Below, piece by piece: positions 1 through 11,610 of a stretch of DNA of 64,000 nt. The stretch covers positions 57,908,001-57,972,000 of the forward strand of contig NC_134469.1 of NCBI RefSeq assembly GCF_964194025.1. The letters run 5' to 3'. The notes under the pieces were generated by a model. The model searched no databases, was not told the origin of the DNA, and was given only the letters and a program-made list of their open reading frames with translations. Every line of letters starts with the position of its first letter. The stretch's first letter is position 1. The DNA comes from Convolutriloba macropyga. Taxonomy: Eukaryota. Position numbers and translations under genes: made by a program.

Positions 1-440
1 CTAATCTTAATACGTTGCGGCGGCTATTCCTAATCTTAATACATTGCGGCGGCTATACCTAATCTTAATACATTGCGGCGGCTATACCTAATCTTAATAC
101 ATTGCGGCGGCTATACCTAATCTTAATACATTGCGGCGGCTATACCTAATCTTAATACATTGCGGCGGCTATACCTAATCTTAATACATTGCGGCGGCTA
201 TACCTAATCTTAATACATTGCGGAGGATATTCCTAATCTTAATACGTGGCGGCCGCTATAACTAACCTTAATACGTGGCGGCCGCTATTACTAATCTTAA
301 TACGTGGCGGCCGCTATTACTAATCTTAATACGTGGCGGCCGCTATTACTAATCTTTATACATGTACGCCTATACCCTATCTTAATACATTAGTGTAGAC
401 CCTCTCTCAAAAATTACTCCTATACCCTATCTTAATACAT
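1..440. repeat. 29-bp minisatellite (ctaatcttaatacattgcggcggctatac), truncated by the window start
   Basis: About 12 tandem units start at 1, 30, 59 and so on up to 320. The variant switches from cattgcggcggc to cgtggcggccgc after ~233. Degenerate cores lie at 369-390 and 419-440. Confidence 0.95.
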
Positions 441-809
441 GGGGTCTACATCCCCCCCCGGGGAGACTTGCTCACCCTATTACTACTGTAATATCCGGAC
501 AGATTTGAAACCACTGAAACGAACCGAGCGGTGTAAATTTTTCCATGACTTAGATAGGAGAGCAGACGTTACAACACTATTACGCCAAAACAATTTCGTT
601 TTAGTCGAGCATCTGCACGTTCAATCACTTTCTAGAACTTCTAAAGGATCAAGGCGAAACGACAACAAACAGATCCACAAATACTAATGAGGATGAAAAA
701 CTAACATAATTTTTTTGAGGATTTATAGTGAAAAGTCAAAAGCATCAGTTAAAACACAAAACCAGCAGAAAATATTTCTTTCTCATCTTAATTTCATCTC
801 TCCGCCCTT

Positions 810-1505
810 TAAAGCCATTGAGAACTTCATTATTGAAAACCTGTTATACGACAGCAAAAAGAAACTTATACGAACAAGATTCCAGAATTCAATTTGCTAG
901 AAAACATCGAAGCTTTTAAAACTGCGAGCAATTCGTTCAAATGTTTAAAAAATTTTAGTTATGTTTTTCTACAACAGCAACGTGAACTGTATTCAAAATT
1001 ATTCTCTGACATGAAACAACAAGACGAACCACAAAAACAGGAAATTACGCTTTAATCATAAATTTCCTTTTTGTTCCTTTGAAATCTAATATCAAAATTA
1101 CAATTTATAGTACCGCTCAACATATAAACTTTTTTGCACCCGAAAAAAGCGGAAAAAAGTATTTGTTAATGATTTTTTGGTCGTCTAACCTTCCAATGAA
1201 GTCATTGAGAAATGGCGATATTAAAAACTTGTTATACCAATTCAAAAAACATTAAATACAATCAAAATTCCGGAGTTCAAATTGCGTGGAAATATTGAGG
1301 CCGTTAAAACCTTTAGTAACTCACTGAACTTTTCACATTTTTTCTGTTAGTGCTCCTTTCAACAGCAACAGGAACTGTCTTTAAATTGATAATCTGACAA
1401 GAGACAGTAAGCGATCCACAAATACAGACAATTACCCATAAATCATGAAGTTCTCTTATAAAAGCTCCTAATATCAAAGCCATAGGTTATAGAACCGCTC
1501 AACAG
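810..1505. repeat. Old diverged tandem duplication, period ~390 bp
   Basis: aagccattgagaac...tgttatac...agtaccgctcaaca (812-1122) aligns by eye with aagtcattgagaaa...tgttatac...agaaccgctcaaca (1199-1504). Confidence 0.55.
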
Positions 1506-3017
1506 AGTAAATTGTGAGGAGTAAATTGGAAAGTGGTACAGTTAAAAAATTCGCCCATTTTTTAAACAAATATATTGACCGTCATAAGCGCCGGTTGTTA
1601 AAACAGAACAGCTCAACAGATTAATTCTTGTTTCCCTGAAAAGAATAGTTGGCCGTTCAATAATGAGACTAAACTACAAATTGACAGAAACAAGGTTAAA
1701 ATTGTGGCAAAGCTCCGAAATTCAGTGATTTTATAAGAAGTGTTTTTAGAGACATTTGAGTCATTATGTATGAATGGAACGCATTAGATAGTTTAACTGA
1801 TACCTATTGAGAGTTTCAATTGAGCCTTTGAGTATGGAGGCTAAGTCTTAAGACTGAAAACAAACAAAAAAATGTAGAATTCATCAACAATCACCAAATT
1901 TTTTGTTGGATCTCTGAAAACGGAATATTTGTTCAATGGAATATTTGATCTCATTTGAACGGAATATTTGATTTCATTTGAACGTAAATGGTGCGCCACA
2001 AAAATGCAGCGAGCTTTTAGATTACGAATACTTTTCAATTTTGAGGATTCACGATAAGACGAAAACTAGTTTTGCTATCGCTGTACGCTTATTGAAAACT
2101 CGTAGCTGTTCCAACTCTTAGCGAGCTATGTTAATTGGTTAATAATCCTTATTATCTAAAAACAAATGCATTGTTGTGAACAATGTTAGTTTCCCTTCCC
2201 TGGCCCTATATTAAATTATAATGAAAGTGCAAAACTGCAGGAAAAATGCACATTCAAACATTTAGCTGTTCAAATGTGCGAAAAAAAACTTTTACCATTT
2301 CACATAAATAGTATGCACTTTTTCTAAGAGGCGTTACGGTTTTCTGTTTTTTTATAAATGAAACAAATGCATTGCAGATAATTTTTGATTTAAATTTTCG
2401 ATGATTGGCAAAATTTGGTGTCATGTTCACGGAAAAATTGCTAAATGTTCAGATATTTGGTGACAATTTCTGCCATAAAAATTGTATCAATTATTTTCGA
2501 AATTCCCCTCCTTTTAACTGTTGAACCGATAACACTTTAGCTCTGAATTAATATCCAATTTTCAATCAAAATTGATCAGAATTGGCTTGGAAACGAAGGA
2601 AAATGTCAACTCAACAACTCCACGGTAATAGCAAAATCCGAAAAAGAGTGATATTTTAGGCTTAACAAGCTTTATATTGATACGACCTACAAATCAAATG
2701 TTGACCGGCCAAAATTGACTCAACAAAATGAAAAAAAAAACAGCTGAGCTTGTAGTTCCGCCCCCACAAATGTGGCGTCGGTAAAACTATTGAGCATTTA
2801 ACCCGTGCTCAAGTGCCTCAGAGGAAAAAATTTATTACGACAAACAAAGTCAACTGATCAGAGGAATAGAAAGACTGTTAGTTTTATTACAGTTTTGTTA
2901 TTTCCTTAATTATAAATCTAAGAAATTGTGACAACAAACAGATATTTTTATGTTGATTCCTGTTGATCATATGTTGTTTCATAACAATCTTTTGTTGATT
3001 CGTTTTGTATGTTTCAG

Positions 3018-3156
3018 CGAGAAAGAGGTTGATAGTGTCTTGTTTCTCAGTCTCTACCTTCTTCTTTATTTGCTGGTTCCCAAATCAGTCTGTTTTCTTC
3101 TTACACGCAATGCAGCTCCCATTCTGCCCCGTTGAATTGGATTCCAAATACTACAT
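3018..3156 (+). CDS. Class A (rhodopsin-like) GPCR, internal exon encoding the end of ICL3, TM6 and ECL3
   Basis: Acceptor tttcag|CG and donor AT|gtaaga. Frame reads RKRLIVSCFSVSTFFFICWFPNQSVFFLHAMQLPFCPVELDSKYY, containing the FxxCWxP motif. The terminal AT joins the G of the next exon (phase 2) to make ATG. Confidence 0.9.
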
Positions 3157-4109
3157 GTAAGATGATCACCCATCTGCGAAACGTGAACATACATCTAAAT
3201 TATCTACAATTGTTCATTACGTTGTACTAAAAAGATCTCGACTTGCTCCAGAAGACGCCATCGACTCTTGTATCATATTCAGGCATTAACCATCAATTAA
3301 TCGTAACCAGGCATTAATCATCAAATAATGCAGGCTTCTTTCACACCTGAATCAGGTTTTTAATAAGATTAAAAGAATTAAACCACGACTTTTGTAACAG
3401 ACAGAAAATTTTTTGGCAACATAGGTTATGTTGAATTGTATGATTAGCTTAAAGAATAGTAGAACAAATTCTATAATGTAGCTAAATTATATCAGTATAC
3501 TTGTATCAACTAGAATTATTTACGGCGCCTAAGATGTCAACTCCGCTCAAACCAACTTTGAAGCAATTATTTTGGTCCTGCTGGACTTCTTAGGCATTTC
3601 TTCCTTTGCTTGTTGTCAAGGAACTGCTTTGACTTTTCGAGTGACATCCTCGTTCTTGACAGTTTGAGTTTCGCGTTATAAAAAAATTGCTCTTATACAT
3701 GATTTTAAACTGTTGATTTCTAATGCCCGTAATTTATTGCCATTTCCATAACTTGCGAACATCCTGATCTGTTAACCTCTGCTAATGTCAGTCTCTCAGG
3801 ACGACTGAATCAAAGTACATTTTGGGGTAGAGCTTTCATCTCTACCCAAGATGAGTTGCGCGACCCAAGCCGGCCCTGATGAGACCGACTTGAGTCCTGC
3901 ACGGTGGTTAAACATATATAATAATAATAATAAATTCGTTTGCGATATACAAAGAATACAGTCATCATTCATGTATACCGCGCGAGCACCAAAAGGCTGG
4001 AAGCCTGCGTGAGGGGCCGCTTTAGAGCGTCTTTTCCCATAAATTGTCCTTTAGCTTTACATTTTTTTCAAAAAAATTGTTAATACTTGTTCTAATGCTA
4101 GTGAAAAAC

Positions 4110-5640
4110 GCAGTGAAAAAGTAATTTCCGGCTTCATTCTTTGGTCCCTTCTTATAAACGGGTATCACTCTACCAATTTTAAGCAAATTTGCGAAATATT
4201 CCTCCCCAATGCATTTGTTGAAAATTTGACTAAGCTTTTCTAAAATTGTTGGTGACACAATCTTGAGAAAAAAATTTGATAGTCCAAAGTATCAAATTCT
4301 TGTTCAAATACTTAAGTTCATTAAACACTTCTAGTTTGTTTGTTTTGCTTAGAAACATTGATTTTTCATTCCGTGGTATGCTAGATATTTCACAGTTGGT
4401 ATTGAGTTTTTTGTCAAATTTGGTCCGACTTCAACAAAAAAATCATTGAGCACTGTTGCAGATTTATCTTTCGAGGATCAAAGTTAAGGCCTAAGCTCTT
4501 TTCGTTCGTCAAGTATTTTTTATAAAGTGGAAGAATTTTTTGTTGTTTTTGTCATTTTCTTTACAGAAAAATTTTGAGTGAAACTCTTTTTTTGATCTGC
4601 AACCTGATTGTTTACATTTGTGGCGCTGCCTTTTCAATTGTTCTGTGGCCTCTTCAGATTTAACATCTAAAAAATTATTCCAAAGCTTTATCTTCTTACA
4701 GCACTGGTTTTCACTTCATTAGTTATCCATCTCTTCCCTTCACTTTGTGGTTTGATATTATTTGGGGTATTGTTTTGTCGAGTACTTTTTCCAATATTCT
4801 TAGTAAATTTTATATCATCGAGTTAGTGGGTATATTTTTCGGGAACGAGTTATTTTCAAATTTTTTCTCGAATTTTGTTATTTAAGAGGAGTTTTGTTTC
4901 TAACTTTTCTAGGTTTTCCAATTTCGCGAAATGAAACTCTTTTTTTTTTCACTGTAATTTTTCGTGTTGATTGATCTTGATTATATGATGATATCGAAAC
5001 CATGACTCGCTAATGAATTATGAACCTGTGTTTGAACGGTAAAGTTTTGAAAAAACTAAGTCAATTGTTGATTGGCTTGATTGTGACACTCTCGTAAATT
5101 CTTAAGGGTTGTTGGCCAGCTCAAATCCTAAAACATGTAGATTTTGTATAAGATTTTGTTTCCAATCTGACTCACCCGTAATGTCTATGTTGAAATCACG
5201 ACAAACAATGTGATCAGTTTTGCTTTGTTATCCAATTTCAAATAAATGATTCATACGAATGTCAACAAACTGAAAAGCGTTCATTTTTGGAGCCTTATAT
5301 ATTACAGTAATCAGAAGTTTTTTCCATTTTGTGACATTTGTTTTAACAGTTAAAATCTGTAAATCTTCGTGACTAGTTTTTTGGTGGTATTAATACAATT
5401 TTGTTCAGTACTAAGGACGGCCACACCACCGCCCCTTTCAGTTTTTCAATTGCTTTTTTCAATAGGCTTCAACCTGTCTTGGCAGAAGATGTTGAGATTT
5501 GAATACTCACGCAGCTATATTTCTGTTACAATTAAAAATTGAGGCTAAATATATAAATTTTCAAGCTCAATATTGAGTTCATCAAAATTGGCTCCTAATG
5601 AGCGATTGGTTTGCAAGTATAACAGTTTCTCCATTTCATG
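4110..5640 (-). mobile_element. Decayed CR1/L2-type LINE ORF2 fragment (APE endonuclease and linker, RT lost) inside the GPCR intron
   Basis: Minus-strand remnants GGGVAV (~5415-5435), IVCRDFNID (~5185-5210), TRVSQSSQSTIDLV (~5055-5095) and LSQIFNKCIGEEYFANLLKIGRVIPVYKKG (ORF 4022-4258). Many stops and frameshifts. Confidence 0.8.
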
Positions 5641-6636
5641 TTGACTTGACCTAACTGCTTTTTTTAAAGGATGTTCTGCTTTAGCATACCAATTTTTAGT
5701 TAACATTGTTGATTTAAAAAATATTATTGTAAAAGAAAATTCCTAACATGGCGTCGAAAAGTGAATTTCGTGAAGTTAAACCGCGACCACTCCTCAGAGT
5801 CTGGCAGCAGAATGTATGTTCTCCACATTCTGATCAGAACCCCATCAACGGTCTGATCAGGGCATTAACTGGATAAATTGTTCTTCGCTTTTGTTAAGGA
5901 AACGCATGAAACGCTCGATCACTACGCACAGTGTTCAGGGCGTGGAAAAAAACTGCGTTTTCATTAGGGAAGACTCAAAATTTTTTATTCAACTTAACTC
6001 AAACTTAATTTCTTTCAATGTAATTTCAATTGATATGGATGAGGACCGTGTTGAAAATGCTGCGTAAAAGTTTCATTTAAAACTGAGTAGACGCATCAAG
6101 ATGTCCAGCATGGCCTCAAGAATTTGCAAAATACTATCTCGCCAATAATGGATTCTCTTTCCCTGAATTCATCTCAAAAGTAGTCTTCCAAAAGGCAATA
6201 ATGCTGTCCCAAATTCTCTAAGTACTGGCCGGAAGGTTTTTTTTAATTGCTCTCTGAAGAAAGTTTTTAGTAATTGTTTTAGTTCTGTGGTTTTTTAATG
6301 CAAGTTTTTGCTTGACCGATTTTTTTCTGACCCCTTTTAACTTTTCGTCCCCCAAAACGGGATAAACAGGCAAAGCCCGAAGGGAATTAAGTGGCTGAGC
6401 AGCTCTCTTAGAGCTTTACACCTTACTATTCTCGAAGGATGTGATTCATGAAAACTGTTTTGGGGAGACTATTTTGTGGTGTAAAGGGCGGTTCTTAATC
6501 TAAAAAGTGTGGCCCCTCATTCACCCCCCCCCCCCCGTCACCCTCCCAACACTCCCCTTTCCACCCCGTTCTCCACCTGGCGAGTGCACCCCCCTCATCC
6601 AACTCTCCCAACCCTATTAGAAAGCCGTTTGAAAGC

Positions 6637-6796
6637 AATCTGTTCGTAAGTTGGTTTTGTTTTTTTGGTTAGTTCTATCTTTCAGGCAGATTTTTGTAAT
6701 ATGAGTGGTGTGAATATATTCACACCACTTATATTACAAAAATCTGCCTGAAAGATAGAACTAACCAAAAAAACATAACCAACTAACAAACGGATT
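6637..6796. repeat. 160-bp near-perfect spacerless palindrome (80-bp arms)
   Basis: Centre gaata|tattc between 6716 and 6717. The arms match with about 5 mismatches, 2 of which are G-U compatible on the + strand. Confidence 0.95.
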
Positions 6797-6899
6797 AAAA
6801 CCAAGACCAGATTTTTCCTTGTTCAGCAGTCATCATTAGGAAAAGTGAACATAGACTAGAAGTAAAGAGAATTTGATTTTTAGCAAATTTTTTTCCCAG

Positions 6900-7083
6900 G
6901 TATGCGAACGTGATTGGCTATTTGACTTGTGCTTTGAACCCATTCTTTTACGCAATACTGAATCCATCGTACAAGAAAGCGTTGAGAAAGCTGAAGAGAA
7001 GTTTGCTTCGCAACAGATCTCCAATGTCGCAGTCGGAAAATGAGATCACAATTACCCAGGAGGGATACGAGAGTCTGTCATAA
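6900..7083 (+). CDS. Class A GPCR terminal coding exon (TM7, helix 8, C-tail)
   Basis: Acceptor tttttttcccag|G. Frame reads YANVIGYLTCALNPFFYAILNPSYKKALRKLKRSLLRNRSPMSQSENEITITQEGYESLS*, containing NPxxY and a basic helix 8. Phase-compatible with exon 3018-3156. Stop TAA at 7081-7083. Confidence 0.92.
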
Positions 7084-7140
7084 CTTCATTCCATCTGTCT
7101 TTCTATGTTACTTGCCATTGATGAACTTACGTTTTTATTT

Positions 7141-7457
7141 AGGAACTGCCCCCCCCCTGTAAAATTTTTACCGCTAAAACTTGTAATTCTTACAAATTTC
7201 ACTGCTGAGAGCCGCAAATCTTACAAAAATTTACGACTAAAATTTTTCGACAAATTCACCGATTAATATTTTTCACCGCTATTCACCAAAAAGCTTACAC
7301 TATTTTTTTTGCAAAACCTCGACCCTGGTATATTGATATATCAGTTTATCTAAATCAGCTGAGAAGGGTAACACAGCAAAATTGCGCATTATTTCTTCAC
7401 ATAATCTGCTAAAAGAACTTTTAAAAAGGTGTGAATTGTGGAGGGGTGGCAGTTCCT
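7141..7457. mobile_element. MITE-like element just downstream of the GPCR stop
   Basis: Terminal inverted repeats aggaactgcccccc (7141) and gggtggcagttcct (to 7457). Short internal subrepeats resemble aaatttcaccgct. No clean TSD. Confidence 0.6.
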
Positions 7458-9698
7458 TTTTTAGAATAGCCAATTCATGATTTTTTAATACATTTATTTG
7501 TGAACAAAATTAAGAACACATTTGAACTGGAGCTGTTTTTAAATTTAGTTACTGTTTTAGCATGGATGCATAATCCAATACATCAGGTCAGTTATTTTTT
7601 CGAATTAGGTTGAAAAAATGAAAAACGACAGACATTCTGTGATGGATGTATGATGGATTCGATTGGTCAGTTTTTAGTCCATTTTGATAGTAGTCAGTGT
7701 TCAAGATTTGAATTGATGAGAATTTTGCGATTAACTTAGGTTCTGTAAAAAGATTGTCTACCTAAGGAAGTTAATATTGACTGTGAGAAGAAAGTTTTCG
7801 ATGTGGTCCTGATCATGTACCCTTACATCAACGAGAAAATTAGCTTGGTTTTTATTGCAGGCAAGCGTAGCAGATGACATTCAAAAATAGGCACAAGAGA
7901 ACCCCAGAAGCTTCTTTGAATGGAGAAATTGCCTCGTTTTAATAACATCAGGGACCATAGTAACATAGTAGAAAACAAAAACTCTTAGAGTACTATGAAA
8001 CAGCACTGATATTGCGTTCTACTAATGAAATATTTTGAATCAGTACTGATTAATATGAGATTAGGGTCCGGGATGCTGAATTTAGCAATTCTTAGACCAA
8101 GGGATTCACTGCGAATTAACACATTGAAATCTTGCAACATTTGGGTCTGAAATTAAATGGCAGCTTGTTGAATCAACTAGATCTAGCTTTTTTCCTTACT
8201 TTGTGTTCCTTTGATATAATCAAATCCTGTCAACAGGTGAAGAGCAACACCAAATTGATTATTAAAAATGTTGAATGATTGATGAATATTTTTGAAGGAA
8301 GATAGTTAGCTATAACTTGTCAACTCACATTGAGCTAATGAAAGAAAATTCAAAATATCGTCAAAATCATAATTACCGAAAGCTAACAAACCCCCCCCCC
8401 CCCCTCCCCATCACCACCACCAACACCGTCGCCGGTACAACCCCGCACTCCCTCTCCCTCACCAAAAAACGATGATTGAGGAGGGTGAATTGAAATTGCA
8501 AGGTGACTGCATGCCTGAATGGCCCGGTGGCAGGTATGCAGGCAATCATGCATTGGGAGGGAAGGGAAGGAGGGAGGGAGGGAGGGGGAAGAGGGGCGCA
8601 ATTTGTATCACATCAGAAAGAGACTGGAGTCTGGCTGCGAATACTAATGGCACAAAGCTGGGAAAATAACTTCACTCCAAATCACGTTCTCCTCAATTCA
8701 ATGAGCATCCTATCACCGGAAGGTATGGAAGCGTGAAATTATGTAATTACAGGCATGAATAAAAGTGCGTCTCAATTGATTCTCAATTCTTCTCTTTTTT
8801 TTCTGTCTCTATCCTACCTGAAATTGTGTCTTTTCCATTCCTTTGAAATTTGCCAGTATATTCCAGTCCGAGGGGGAAATTGTGGCAATAAAAGTTTGCT
8901 TTAATGTCATTTTCCCTAAAATTAAAGTAGACTTCTCTGCCCTGTGATATTAAAGAAAAGCGTTGTTGACATTTAATCAATAATTAAGTGACCATCTTAG
9001 GTTTTTTGGCACACTCAAATCATATAGAGCTACTTTCGCTGTCTCAATTTTTGCTTTCATTCAATATATTTTCTCCAGAGAGAAAGCAAACATAGCAGCA
9101 ATACCAACTTCACGCAAGCACAACACCACCAACCATAGTCTGTCTATATTCATTCCCCTCCCCTCAATTTTCAACAAACAGTAAACAGTGTTTATTTATT
9201 TAAGATCCTTGACACTTTTACACTCTTCATAAAACTGAGTGTCCATTTAATTTAGAGATTATTACTCTTGTGTTGCCTCATTCTTTCCATTAGTTATTTT
9301 TATTGCAATTTTTCAATTCAACATTTTGAGTCTCGATTTTTTTGTGCCTTGGAGGTCGAGCAAGTCTAAAGCCACACCAGTATCGAGCTTCTACGGGGTT
9401 TAGTATTGCTATACTTAAAGAGGACAGATCAGATCATCAGCCTTCGTTGGGGTTTTCGATTTAGGGGCAGATAATGATTTGTGTAAGTACAAAGTTAGCT
9501 GATCGGGTCCTGTAATTGACAGGACCATGGTTCATTTTTGGTGAGTTTGAAAAAAACTTCAGAAGCCTTCAGAACCTCCAAAAGCGCCCCCAGAGGGTTA
9601 ACTTTATGATAGCAGAAGTGTTTATATATCTCAAACACAATATTTGAAAGCATATAATATCTGCTGTGTATAACAATTTCTATGCTGTGTAATTTAGC

Positions 9699-9862
9699 TG
9701 TTGCGGATGCAACTTCAAGATGGCTAAATATGGAAGTTAAGATGATTTGCCGCAAAAAACTTGACTTTATGTCCCACATTGCTAACTGTCAGTTACCAAA
9801 AACATGGAAACAAAACATCTGAATTTGACTTTTTCAATGCTAGAAATATGTTTTTCACTACA
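9699..9862 (+). repeat. 5' LTR (164 bp)
   Basis: tgttgcggatgc...ttcactaca. Differs from the 3' LTR at 2 positions (gcta/gata and atttga/attgga). Confidence 0.95.
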
Positions 9863-9972
9863 TATTAATGGTAACTAACCGACATTCAACCTTCTGATGT
9901 TACAATTACAGACGCTAACGATTACTTGGTTGTGACAAGAGCAGACAACGATCTCCTGCATGGATTTTTTAC

Positions 9973-10106
9973 TGGAATCAGATGTCACCAAGAACAATTT
10001 TTTTTGGAAGTTGGGTTTCAGACGTCACCCCTACAAGAGGTTCTAGTTTTTTTACTGGTTTCAGACGTCACCAGCAGAAGTCCGCCCGAGGTCTCAGACG
10101 CCACCT
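9973..10106 (+). repeat. Cluster 1 of the 18-nt NGGT-N10-ACCN' hairpin motif (4 copies)
   Basis: TGGAATCAGATGTCACCA at 9973, GGGTTTCAGACGTCACCC at 10013, TGGTTTCAGACGTCACCA at 10056, AGGTCTCAGACGCCACCT at 10089. Confidence 0.85.
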
Positions 10107-10330
10107 CTGATGTCCTGTTCCCCGGTTAGATCGAGCCAAAAATCTCTAATTTTTTCGACAAAAAGCCACCAAAAAATTGAAATTTGTCCCCCAAAAACCT
10201 GTTTTCTGCTACTATAACACCTCGATTGATAAACTTCGACTAGTTTTATTTTTCTAGTAGCAAGTAAAAGCAATTTAACTACTTTGAAAGAAAAATTTGG
10301 TGAGAAAAAGGCCAAAAGTCAGAAAAACGG

Positions 10331-11610
10331 TCGCAAAATCAGAAAAATCAAAAAAATCCATTTTGATTTTCTGATTGCATATTCTAATGAAATACCAAAA
10401 AAGTTTTTGAACTATTTTTTTAGCTAGTTTTCAAATAGCGAGAAGGCCATTCTAGTCGATATGTCATACTGGAGTCTTAGAAACAAGAAATGTTAGAAAA
10501 TTTTTTCTGAAATCAGAAAAATCAAAAAACCCATTTTGATTTTCTGGCCCCATATCTTATTGATTCACAAAATAAACTCTTAAACTATCTTTTTGAGTTA
10601 GTTTTGCAGTAGCCAGAAAGCTATTTTGGTCGATATAGTATACTGAGTCATCAAAAATGTGAATTGTCAGAAAATTGTTTGTGAAATCAGAAAAATCAAA
10701 AAACCCATTTTGATTTTCTGACCCCGTATCTTATTGATTCACAAAATAAACTCTTAAACTATCTTTGTGAGTTAGTTTTGCAGTAGCCAGAAAGCTCTTT
10801 TGGTCGATATAGTATACTGAGTCATCAAAAACGAGAATTGTCAGAAAATTGTTTTCTGAATTCAGAAAAATCAAAAAACCCATTTTGATTTTCTGACCCC
10901 ATATCTTATTGATTCACAAAAAAAACTCTTAAACTATCTTTTTGAGTTAGTTTTGCAGTAGCCAGAAAGCTATTTTGGTCGATATAGTGTACTGAGTCAT
11001 CAAAAACGAGAATTGTCAGAAAATTGTTTGTGAAATCAGAAAAATCAAAAAACCCATTTTGATTTTCTGACCCCATATCTTATTGATTCACAAATTAAAC
11101 TCTTAAACTATCTTTGTGAGTTACTTTTGCAGTAGCCAGAAAGCTATTTTGGTCGATATAGTATACTGAGTCATCAAAAACGAGAATTGTCAGAAAATTT
11201 TTCTGAAATCAGAAAAATCAAAAAAACCATTTTTATTTTCTGACCCCATATCTTATTGATTCACAAAATAAACTCTTAAACTATCTTTGTGAGTTAGTTT
11301 TGCAGTAGCCAGAAAGTTGTTTTAGTCGATATAGTACACTGGGATCTCAAAAAACAAGAAAGATCAGGAATATTTTAAAATTTTTTCTGAAGCCAGAAAA
11401 ATAAAAAAAAAATCCTTTTGATTCCTGACCTTATACCCTGTCTATTTGCAGTTTGAACTCTTATGCTAGCACTGTGAGTTAATTTTACACTGGAGAGAAA
11501 GCTATTTAGGTCAGTACATCGAATTGTGATCTCAATAACGCGAATTGCCAAGAAAACTTTTTTGAAATCAGAAAAAAAAAATTCGAAAAATAGTTTATAT
11601 TTCTGACTAC
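10331..11610. repeat. ~174-bp tandem array (~7.3 units) inside the BEL leader
   Basis: Unit anchor aatcagaaaaa (or a close variant) at 10337, 10511, 10685, 10860, 11034, 11207, 11391 and 11566. Central units are near-identical; edge units are diverged. Confidence 0.95.

Noticed and set aside
1-480. CRISPR array
   Set aside because: The units are contiguous tandem copies without unique spacers (one exception), there are no cas genes, and the context is eukaryotic.
2950-3135. 61-aa ORF from the track
   Set aside because: Wrong frame. The overlapping frame bounded by splice sites encodes GPCR TM6.
6836-7024. Minus-strand 62-aa ORF
   Set aside because: Antisense shadow of the GPCR TM7 exon.
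8383-8736. Gly/Pro-rich ORFs
   Set aside because: Products of low-complexity G and C tracts; no splice or domain support.
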